Position numbers and translations under genes: made by a program. The notes under the pieces are model-generated. The model was given only the letters and a program-made list of their open reading frames with translations, was not told where the DNA came from and made no database searches. Shown here one piece after another: positions 1 to 8,071 of a stretch of DNA of 64,000 nt; position 1 is the stretch's first letter; every line of letters starts with the position of its first letter. The DNA lies in NCBI GenBank assembly GCA_036675275.1, contig JAKFFG010000027.1, positions 4,113 to 68,112 of the forward strand, given 5' to 3'. Origin of the DNA: Pseudomonas sp. (GTDB taxonomy: Bacteria > Pseudomonadota > Gammaproteobacteria > Burkholderiales > Burkholderiaceae_B).

Positions 1-843
1 CTGCTGCAAGGGCTGCGGCGCCATCGCGAAATCCGCGGGCGGCTTGCCCAGCAGTATGGCCAAAGCATGTTCGGCGATCGCGCGGTGACGGTCTACGCCC
101 AGAGATTGCGATCGTGCGGATTCCAGTTCAGAACGGGCGCGCGCAACATCAAGTTCGCTGATATCCCCTTCCGCATAGCGGCGCTCGATCAGGTCCAGCG
201 TTTTTTTGCGCAGTTCCACCGTGTTGCTGTACAAGGCCTTCTCCGCGTCCAGTCTGCGAACCAGGAAATAAGCCTGGGCAACATCCGCCTGCAGCGCCAG
301 CAATACCGAACGGAATAAAGCCTGGCTTTGCTGCGCGCCGGCAGTAGCCGCGTCCACCTGGGCGGCCACGTGTCCGAACAGATCGACCTCATATGAGACT
401 GCCGCCTGGGCGCGCCATAAAGTGGATGGCCCGTTGAAGGCATCCTCCGGAAGACTCTGCGATGCGTTCGAAGTCCGTTGCCGCGTAGGTCCAAATCCAC
501 CGTCGATACGGGGAAAGAGTCCTGCGCGGGCGTCTTTGGTCAAGGCGCGAGCTTGCGCCACTCGTGACGCGGCCGCTTTCAGATCCTGATTCGCAGTCAT
601 GGCTTGTTCTTCCAGATCATTAAGTTGCGGATCCTTGAAGACAGTCCACCAACGACCGCGCTCCATGCTGTCGGATGGCTGTGCCTGTTTCCACAGCTTC
701 GCCGCCTCGGGAGACATCGACGCTTCCTTGAATGCGTCGGGTACATCGGTCGCCGGGCGCTGGTATTCCGGGCCGACCGCACATCCAGCCAGCGCCAACA
801 CAGTGGCAGCCAGGCTGAGGCTAAATCGTAAAGGCTTGTTCAT
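1..843 (-). CDS. RND efflux outer-membrane factor lipoprotein (NodT/OprM family), C-terminal part cut off by window edge
   Basis: My own minus-strand translation from ATG at 843 gives MNKPLRFSLSLAATVLALAGCAVGPEYQRPATDVP... (lipobox LAGC followed by PEYQRP, typical of NodT OMFs). The frame stays open to position 1. It starts 15 nt downstream of the RND pump stop. It is absent from the ORF track because it runs off the edge. Confidence 0.85.
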   Translation of the reverse strand, partial: MNKPLRFSLSLAATVLALAGCAVGPEYQRPATDVPDAFKEASMSPEAAKLWKQAQPSDSMERGRWWTVFKDPQLNDLEEQAMTANQDLKAAASRVAQARALTKDARAGLFPRIDGGFGPTRQRTSNASQSLPEDAFNGPSTLWRAQAAVSYEVDLFGHVAAQVDAATAGAQQSQALFRSVLLALQADVAQAYFLVRRLDAEKALYSNTVELRKKTLDLIERRYAEGDISELDVARARSELESARSQSLGVDRHRAIAEHALAILLGKPPADFAMAPQPLQQ

Positions 844-858
844 GATTGGTATTCCGTA

Positions 859-3800
859 TTATTGGTGTCCAGCCGTCGATGTCAGGACCGGAGCCTCGTG
901 GTGAGCGGCGGAGCGCAGTTCACCTTTGCCGATCGAACGCAGGAGCACATAGAACACCGGCGTAAGAAAGAGGCCGAACAAGGTCACTCCCAACATGCCG
1001 AAGAACACAGCCACTCCCATCGCATGACGCATCTCCGCGCCCGCTCCTGAAGAGATCACAAGCGGGACTACCCCCATGATGAAAGCGATCGAGGTCATGA
1101 GGATGGGCCGCAGGCGCAGTCGGCTGGCTTCGATCGCGGCCTTCAACGGTGTCGCGCCCTGCAGTTCGAGCTCACGTGCAAATTCAACGATCAGGATGGC
1201 GTTCTTGCAAGCCAGTCCGACCAGAACCATCAGTCCGATCTGCGTGAAGATATTGTTGTCGCCCCCCGTCAGCCACACTCCCGTGAGCGCCGCAAGAATA
1301 CTCATGGGCACGATAAGAATGACCGCCAAAGGCAATGTCAGGCTTTCGTACAGAGCGGCCAATACCAGGAACACCAGCAGCACGCTGATGGGGAATATCC
1401 AGATACCGGCATTGCCAGCCAGGATTTGCTGATAGGTCAGGTCGGTCCATTCGAACTTGACCCCGCGCGGGAGCGTCTTATCCGCAATGCGTTCGGCCGC
1501 GGCCTGCGCCTGGTCCGACGAGTACCCCGGAGCCGGACCACTGTTGATGTCGGCCGCGGTATAGCCGTTATAGCGCACCACCATCTCGGGTCCGTAAGAA
1601 GGCGTCACCTTGACCAGCGAAGACAAAGGCACCATGTCGCCGTCGCGATTTCGGGTCTTCAACTGAAGTATGTCTTCGGGTTGCGAGCGGTATGGCGCGT
1701 CGGCTTGCGCCCTTACCTGGTATACCCGGCCAAATCGATTGAAGTCGTTCACATACAAGGAACCCAGGTAGATCTGCATGGTGTCGAAGACATCTGTCAC
1801 CGGCACGCCCAGTTGCTTTGCCTTCACCCTATCCAGGTCTACGTCGAGCTGCGGCACGTTGATCTGATAACTGGAAAATGCAGGGCCCAGTTCCGGCGTC
1901 TTGCGCGCCTCTGCCAGAAATGCCTGCACCGCCACGTCGAGCTGCGCATAACCGACAGCGGCCCGGTCTTCAATCTGCAGCTTGAACCCCCCTACTGTTC
2001 CCAAGCCCATGACCGGCGGTGGCGGAAAGACGGCTATGTAGGAATCATTGATGGAGAGGTACTTTTGATTGAGGGCGGCGGCGATACCATTGGCCGACAG
2101 GTCCGCATCATCGCGCTGGTCGAATGGCTTGAGCATCACAAACACAATCCCGGCACTAGAGCTGTTCGTAAAGCCATTGATGGACAATCCGGGAAAGGCA
2201 ATGGCGCTTTCAACGCCGGGCTGCTCCAATGCGATATCGGTCATGTCGCGAATCACTTGTTCGGTCCGGTCCAGGGACGCACCGTTGGGCAATTGGGCAA
2301 AGCTGATCAGATACTGTTTATCTTGCGCCGGGACGAAGCCGCCGGGAACAACATACGAAACGCCCACCGTCGCCGCCACCAATACCAGGTACACCGCCAT
2401 CGAAGACGCCTTGCGCGAAATGACGCCTGACACTCCCCTGGCATACTGATCCGACGATCGGGCAAAGAAACGATTGAACCGCGCAAAAAAACCGCCCAAT
2501 ACCCGGTTCATTGCGCGGGTCAGCCAGTCGGGCTTTTCAGTGTGGCCCTTCAATAACAATGCCGCCAGCGCCGGCGACAGCGTCAAGGAATTGAAAGCGG
2601 AAATCACAGTGGAAATCGCTATCGTCATGGCGAATTGCTTGAAGAACTGGCCGGTGAGCCCCGTCATGAACGCCAGCGGCACGAAGACGGCCACCAGCGT
2701 CAATGCGATGGCGATGATAGGTCCGCTGACTTCCCGCATGGCGCGATACGTGGCGTCTCGGGGGGACAAGCCTTCGGCGATATTGCGCTCGACGTTTTCC
2801 ACCACAACGATGGCATCGTCCACCACAATGCCGATCGCCAGCACCAATCCGAAAAGAGACAGCGCGTTGATGGTGTACCCAAAGGCCAGCATCAAGGCGA
2901 AGGTGCCAACGATGGAGACCGGTACGGCAAGCAAGGGAATGATCGAGGCCCGCCAGGTCTGCAAGAATATGATGACCACGAGCACGACCAAAGCGACGGC
3001 TTCCAGCAGTGTCACCACAACCGCCTTGATGCTGGAACGTACAAACTGAGTGGGATCATAGGCGATACGGCTCTCGACGGACGCCGGAAAATCCGCAGAC
3101 AGTTCGTCCATGACCGCGCGAACCTGGTCGGATACCGCGAGCGCGTTGGCGCCGGGCGCCTGCATGATGCCTATTCCCACCGCCGGCTCATTATCGAGCA
3201 GGGACCTCAAGCCATACTCCGAGGCGGCAAGCTCTATGCGCGCGACGTCGCCCAGCCGGGTCACACCCCCATCCCCGGAAGTCTTGAGCACGATATCGGC
3301 AAACTCGGCTTCGGTGTGCAGGCGACCTTGCGTATTGACCGAGAGTTGCAAGGGCACATCCGGCAGCCCAGGCGACGCACCGATCACTCCGGCGGCCACC
3401 TGTACGTTCTGCTCGCGTATGGCGGCGACCACATCCGTTGCCGTAAGCCCCCGTTGCGCCACCTTCTGGGGATTCAGCCACACACGCATGGAATAGTTTC
3501 CGCCACCCCACAGCTGCACCTCGCCTACTCCCTCAATGCGAGCCAATCTGTCCTTGACGTTGAGCACCGCATAGTTGCGCAGATAGGTCATGTCATAGCG
3601 ATCATCGGGAGAGACCAGATGCACCACCATGGTCAGCGTCGGCGAGCTCTTCACCGTCGTCACGCCCAATCGCTGCACGTCTTCGGGCAGCCGAGGCAAT
3701 GCCTGCGACACGCGGTTCTGCACCAACTGCTGTGCCTTGTCGGGATCCATGCCCAGATTGAAGTGAACGGTCACTGCCAGGTTGCCATCGCTGTTGGCCT

Positions 3801-4047
3801 GCGATTGCATATAAAGCATATCCTCGACGCCGTTGATGGACTCCTCCAGCGGAGCGGCGACGGTTTCTGCAATGACCTTGGGGTTTGCTCCCGGATACTG
3901 GGCGCGCACCACGACCGAAGGCGGCACAACTTCCGGATATTCGGAAATGGGGAGCTGGAACACAGCCAACGCTCCTGCGAGCAGGATCAGGACTGACAGC
4001 ACGCCGGCAAAGATGGGCCGGTCGATAAAGAACTTGGAAATGTTCAT
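859..4047 (-). CDS. Multidrug efflux RND permease (AcrB/MexB family, HAE1)
   Basis: 1062 aa ORF with N-terminus MNISKFFIDRPIFA. It has the AcrB-like 12-TM plus two large periplasmic loop layout, and sits between MFP and OMF genes. Confidence 0.95.
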   Translation of the reverse strand: MNISKFFIDRPIFAGVLSVLILLAGALAVFQLPISEYPEVVPPSVVVRAQYPGANPKVIAETVAAPLEESINGVEDMLYMQSQANSDGNLAVTVHFNLGMDPDKAQQLVQNRVSQALPRLPEDVQRLGVTTVKSSPTLTMVVHLVSPDDRYDMTYLRNYAVLNVKDRLARIEGVGEVQLWGGGNYSMRVWLNPQKVAQRGLTATDVVAAIREQNVQVAAGVIGASPGLPDVPLQLSVNTQGRLHTEAEFADIVLKTSGDGGVTRLGDVARIELAASEYGLRSLLDNEPAVGIGIMQAPGANALAVSDQVRAVMDELSADFPASVESRIAYDPTQFVRSSIKAVVVTLLEAVALVVLVVIIFLQTWRASIIPLLAVPVSIVGTFALMLAFGYTINALSLFGLVLAIGIVVDDAIVVVENVERNIAEGLSPRDATYRAMREVSGPIIAIALTLVAVFVPLAFMTGLTGQFFKQFAMTIAISTVISAFNSLTLSPALAALLLKGHTEKPDWLTRAMNRVLGGFFARFNRFFARSSDQYARGVSGVISRKASSMAVYLVLVAATVGVSYVVPGGFVPAQDKQYLISFAQLPNGASLDRTEQVIRDMTDIALEQPGVESAIAFPGLSINGFTNSSSAGIVFVMLKPFDQRDDADLSANGIAAALNQKYLSINDSYIAVFPPPPVMGLGTVGGFKLQIEDRAAVGYAQLDVAVQAFLAEARKTPELGPAFSSYQINVPQLDVDLDRVKAKQLGVPVTDVFDTMQIYLGSLYVNDFNRFGRVYQVRAQADAPYRSQPEDILQLKTRNRDGDMVPLSSLVKVTPSYGPEMVVRYNGYTAADINSGPAPGYSSDQAQAAAERIADKTLPRGVKFEWTDLTYQQILAGNAGIWIFPISVLLVFLVLAALYESLTLPLAVILIVPMSILAALTGVWLTGGDNNIFTQIGLMVLVGLACKNAILIVEFARELELQGATPLKAAIEASRLRLRPILMTSIAFIMGVVPLVISSGAGAEMRHAMGVAVFFGMLGVTLFGLFLTPVFYVLLRSIGKGELRSAAHHEAPVLTSTAGHQ

Positions 4048-4062
4048 GAGAGTTCTGTCGGT

Positions 4063-5295
4063 TCAGGAGTTATCAATAGATTCGGACGGATGTGCACCTG
4101 ATGCGGCGATTCTCGGAGGCTCGGTTGCCAATACCGGCCGAGGTGTGACCACATCGCCCGGCCGAATGCGTTGCAGGCCGCTGACAACGATGCGCTCTCC
4201 CGCTTTCAAGCCTGCTTCGACCACGCTCCAGCCCTTCCTGCTGGTTCCAAGATGAACCTCCCGATATTCAGTCTTGTTGCTCTCGCCCACAACCACGACG
4301 AAGCGCTTGTTCTGATCGGTGCCTATCGCCCTATCGTCGACCAGCACGGCCTCGTGCGGCGCGCCCCCGCCCAGCCGAATACGGGCGTAAAGACCCGGCA
4401 CCAAGGAACCATCAGGGTTATCGAAGACCGCGCGCACTCGTATGGTTCCCGATGATGTGTCCATCGTGTTGTCGACGGAGGCCAATGTTCCAGGACGAGG
4501 ATAGTTCTCCTCGTTGGCCAAACCCAGGTGTACGGGAACTGCGGCATCACCGGAGACGCGCGCCGGATTCACGAACTTCAGAAAGCTCTGCTCATCGACG
4601 TCGAACGAGGCATAAAGCCGGGACACCGAAACCAGGGTGGTCAAGGGCGTCGAGCCGGCGCCGGCCGCCACGACATTGCCCGGCGTCACTTCCGCGCGCG
4701 ACACCCGTCCTGAAATGGGAGCGACGATACGTGTGTGTTCGAGGTTCAATTGCGCCGATTCCAGCCTTGCCTTAGCCGCCTGCAGATCGGCAACGGCGCT
4801 GCGCGACGCATTGCGCTTCTCTTCATAGTCTCGCCGGGCAATGGCGTTGTTATCCAACAGCCGTTTCCCCCGGGCAAGATCCGACCCTGTATACGCGACC
4901 CGCGCTTGCGCTGAGACTACCTGGGCTTTGGCATGATCCACCGCCGCCCGGTACGGCCTGGGATCTATGGTGAACAGCACATCGCCCTTCTGAACCTGGC
5001 TTCCGTCCGTAAAATGAACCTGCGTCAACGTACCTGAGACCAAGGGACGGACAACGATCTCATCGACGGCCTCGAGCCGACCTGAAAAGTAATGCCAATC
5101 GGTAACGGTCTGACTATCGACCGTCGCAACGTCCACGGTAACCGCTGGCATAGCCGGAGCCGCCGTGGACTCCTGAGCCGATCCAGCATAAACGCGAAAA
5201 ACGGCGACACCCCCGATCAGAGCCGCGGCGGCAATGGCCAGCGCGGCGTATCGATTGCGTAGTAGAAACATGGTAGTCCTTGTGTTGCTGATCAT
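4063..5295 (-). CDS. RND efflux membrane fusion protein (AcrA/MexA, HlyD_D23 family)
   Basis: 410 aa with an N-terminal membrane anchor and coiled-coil/lipoyl/beta-barrel MFP-like sequence (e.g. VVRPLVSGTL, IVAPISGRVS). It lies immediately upstream of the RND permease. Confidence 0.9.
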   Translation of the reverse strand: MISNTRTTMFLLRNRYAALAIAAAALIGGVAVFRVYAGSAQESTAAPAMPAVTVDVATVDSQTVTDWHYFSGRLEAVDEIVVRPLVSGTLTQVHFTDGSQVQKGDVLFTIDPRPYRAAVDHAKAQVVSAQARVAYTGSDLARGKRLLDNNAIARRDYEEKRNASRSAVADLQAAKARLESAQLNLEHTRIVAPISGRVSRAEVTPGNVVAAGAGSTPLTTLVSVSRLYASFDVDEQSFLKFVNPARVSGDAAVPVHLGLANEENYPRPGTLASVDNTMDTSSGTIRVRAVFDNPDGSLVPGLYARIRLGGGAPHEAVLVDDRAIGTDQNKRFVVVVGESNKTEYREVHLGTSRKGWSVVEAGLKAGERIVVSGLQRIRPGDVVTPRPVLATEPPRIAASGAHPSESIDNS

Positions 5296-5505
5296 GCCGG
5301 AAGTTGAAAATGAGTCGTCGAATTCCTACATTTTTCAAGCCGGCATAGAAATTCTGGAAATGAGCGGGTATTATTTACTTTTCGCAGAGACAGATAAATA
5401 CGCGTTTTCTGCCTACACTATTCGTCAATTTCCAACAATGCAGCCCCGTGTTTGGGTCATGGACACTCACACTTGGCTGCGAACATCATTTCAAGGAAGA
5501 GCACG

Positions 5506-6522
5506 ATGGATCGCTTCCAGGCTATGCAGGTCTTCACACGGGTCGTGGACGCGAACAGCTTCACACTGGCCGCGGATATGCTCGGCCTGCCGCGGGCCAC
5601 CGTAACGACCACGATCCAGGGACTGGAACGCCTGCTGAAGGTGCGGTTGCTGAACCGCACCACCCGCCGGCTGAGCCTCACGCCCGATGGCGCGGCATAT
5701 TACGATCACTGTGTACGAATACTCGCCGACATAGAAGACGCGGAGGCGTCGTTTCACGACGTGACCCGAGGTCCGAAAGGCCGGCTGCGCATCGACACGC
5801 CGCCGTCCATCGGACGGCTGATACTGCTGCCCGCCTTATGCGAATTTCATGAGCGCTACCCCGACATTGAGCTGGCGATCGGAATGAGCGACAGGCCGGT
5901 CGACATGGTGCAGGAAGCCGTGGACTGCGTGATCAGGGTGGGCGAGCTGCAGGATTCAAGCATGGTCGCCAAACGGATAGGAACATTCGAAAGCATCACA
6001 TGCGCCGCGCCGTCATACCTGGAGCGCCACGGTGAACCGCAAACCATAGAAGAATTGAACGGCCACCGTGCCGTTCACTATTTTTCCGGGCGCAGCGGAA
6101 GAAATATGGACTGGAGCTTCACAGTGGATGGGCGAGTCACGGAAGTCGCCGTCCAGGGAGCCGTGTCGGTCAACGACGCGGAGGCTTATGTGACCTGCGG
6201 CTTGAAGGGATTTGGCATGATACAGCCGGCGCGATATATGGTTGCGGCCCACCTGGAATCGGGAGCGCTGCGGGAAATCCTGCCCGCATGGAAGCCTCAG
6301 CCCATGCCCATCTCGGTGGTCTACCTGCACAACCGTCATCTGTCGCCCAAGGTGCGGGTTTTCGTCGACTGGATAAGCGAACTGTTCCAACGCTGCCCCT
6401 TGCTGGGCGAGTGCGGGTTGGGCATGGCAAGCGCAGAAGAATGCCGGTTCGCAGGCCGGCATGCGTCCAATACCATACGGGAAATAATGGAACGCGAACA
6501 TGTGAAGGAAAGTATCTTCTGA
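5506..6522 (+). CDS. LysR-family transcriptional regulator, divergent from the efflux operon
   Basis: The ATG at 5506 is preceded by AAGGAAGAG. The N-terminus MDRFQAMQVFTRVVDANSFTLAADMLGLPRATVTTTIQGLE is a typical LysR wHTH, followed by a C-terminal substrate-binding domain. Confidence 0.9.
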   Translation: MDRFQAMQVFTRVVDANSFTLAADMLGLPRATVTTTIQGLERLLKVRLLNRTTRRLSLTPDGAAYYDHCVRILADIEDAEASFHDVTRGPKGRLRIDTPPSIGRLILLPALCEFHERYPDIELAIGMSDRPVDMVQEAVDCVIRVGELQDSSMVAKRIGTFESITCAAPSYLERHGEPQTIEELNGHRAVHYFSGRSGRNMDWSFTVDGRVTEVAVQGAVSVNDAEAYVTCGLKGFGMIQPARYMVAAHLESGALREILPAWKPQPMPISVVYLHNRHLSPKVRVFVDWISELFQRCPLLGECGLGMASAEECRFAGRHASNTIREIMEREHVKESIF

Positions 6523-6582
6523 CGGGCACAGCGATTGCTCCCATAGGCGAAAACAGCCCGCTGTGGCGCACTAGGAGCATTC

Positions 6583-7989
6583 ATGAACGTAGCGATCATC
6601 GGCACCGGCTATGTCGGCCTGGTTACCGGCGCATGCCTTGCCGAAGCAGGAAACAACGTCACTTGCATTGACAATAACGACGAGAAAATAGCCGGACTTC
6701 GCGCGGGCACCGTGCCGTTTCACGAACCCTTGCTCGACGCGGTCGTACTTCAGGCAAGCATGAAAGGAACGCTACAGTTCACAAGCAGATTGGCCGAAGG
6801 CACACTCCATGCCGAAATTATCTTCCTGGCGCTGGGGACTCCCGCCGGCATCGACGGTTATGCAAATACTGGGGCCTTGCTGCAATGCGCGCAGGATCTT
6901 GCAGCAGTCTTGCAGCACGATTGCCTTGTCGTCATCAAATCAACAGTCCCGCCTGGAACTTGTGAAGACATCCAGGCGCTTTTCGACACAACGCTCGTGC
7001 GCCGAACAGCGGACTTCCGGATCAAAGTCGCCTCCAATCCCGAATTTTTAGCCGAGGGTACCGCTGTAAGCGATTTCCGCAGGCCCGCGCGAATCGTGGT
7101 CGGCGCGTCGGACGAAGCTGACTCCGGGATACTCAGGCAACTCTATGCACCCTTCGATCCGGATGGCACCCGTCTGATTGAAATGGATCTTCGATCTGCG
7201 GAGTTCGCCAAGTATGCATGCAACGCGATGCTGGCGGCGCGAATTTCCATGATAAACGAACTGGCCAATATCGCAGGCCGTCTGGGCGCAGATATCGGAC
7301 CAGTATGCCAGGTGCTGAAGTCGGATCCGAGGATAGGGCCCCGTTATCTGGAACCTGGCGCCGGCTACGGTGGATCCTGCCTGCCGAAAGATTTGCATGC
7401 CCTCATTCGCATGGCCCGGGACAAGGGCGAACCCGCTCCCATGCTCACTAGTATTGATCAGGTGAATCGGCGCCAGGTAAAGCTCATCTTCAAAGCGATA
7501 GAGAAATACTTCTGGGGACGCTTCAAGGGCCGATGTGTTGCCATCTGGGGGCTCGCCTTCAAAGCGGGAACCGACGACATTCGGGAAGCGCCCAGTCTTG
7601 CGCTGATTCAAGGGCTTCTTGACGCCGGCGCCAAAGTGCGGGCCTACGATCCCATCGCCGAATCGGCCGTCGCGTCAACGTTCAAGCACCCCGACCTGGT
7701 CCTTGCAGCCAGCGCCGAACAAGCCTGCCTGGATGCCGACGTGCTCGTTGTGATGACGGAATGGGAAGAGTTCATCACGCCCGATTTCAAATGGCTGGCA
7801 TCCACGTTGCGCTCACCTGCCATTTTCGATGCGCGCAACCTTTACAACGATAAAGACTTGAAGTCTCTGGGTTTACGCCACTACCGGCCCGGACGGACAT
7901 TCCCCGCACAGACGACACCCAGGACTCTGTGGACACAAGCACCGCTGCGGAGGGACGATGCCGCGCCGGTCCGGCAACAGCATGGGTGA
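6583..7989 (+). CDS. ugd: UDP-glucose 6-dehydrogenase
   Basis: 468 aa with the Rossmann motif IIGTGYVGL and catalytic Cys context GGSCLPKD. It has the UDPG/GDP-mannose dehydrogenase family layout. Confidence 0.9.
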   Translation: MNVAIIGTGYVGLVTGACLAEAGNNVTCIDNNDEKIAGLRAGTVPFHEPLLDAVVLQASMKGTLQFTSRLAEGTLHAEIIFLALGTPAGIDGYANTGALLQCAQDLAAVLQHDCLVVIKSTVPPGTCEDIQALFDTTLVRRTADFRIKVASNPEFLAEGTAVSDFRRPARIVVGASDEADSGILRQLYAPFDPDGTRLIEMDLRSAEFAKYACNAMLAARISMINELANIAGRLGADIGPVCQVLKSDPRIGPRYLEPGAGYGGSCLPKDLHALIRMARDKGEPAPMLTSIDQVNRRQVKLIFKAIEKYFWGRFKGRCVAIWGLAFKAGTDDIREAPSLALIQGLLDAGAKVRAYDPIAESAVASTFKHPDLVLAASAEQACLDADVLVVMTEWEEFITPDFKWLASTLRSPAIFDARNLYNDKDLKSLGLRHYRPGRTFPAQTTPRTLWTQAPLRRDDAAPVRQQHG

Positions 7990-8071
7990 CAAAACCGCAG
8001 AATAGAAAGCATCGCCTGTTCGACAACGATATTGCAAAAGCCGGCGGGCCATATTGAAGGAGCCGGCGACA

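Noticed and set aside
2635-3996. Long (453 aa) ORF antisense to the RND permease. Similar long antisense or alternate-frame ORFs occur at 1426-2430, 8846-10360, 29174-30055, 39004-40002, 42065-43150, 44957-46093, 45999-46925, 51480-52445, 56334-57188, 58049-59626, 60867-61703 and 62658-63800.
   Set aside because: All lie inside genes with unambiguous family signatures on the other strand or frame. Their translations are Arg/Gly/His/Pro-rich low-complexity strings typical of stop-poor non-coding frames in GC-rich DNA. I saw no plausible RBS or domain motifs.
5296-5505. Dyads in the efflux/LysR divergent region (TATTTA-N17-TAAATA around 5378-5406) as a LysR operator.
   Set aside because: The spacing does not fit the T-N11-A rule, and the region is generally A/T-rich. 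The evidence is too weak to list as a feature.
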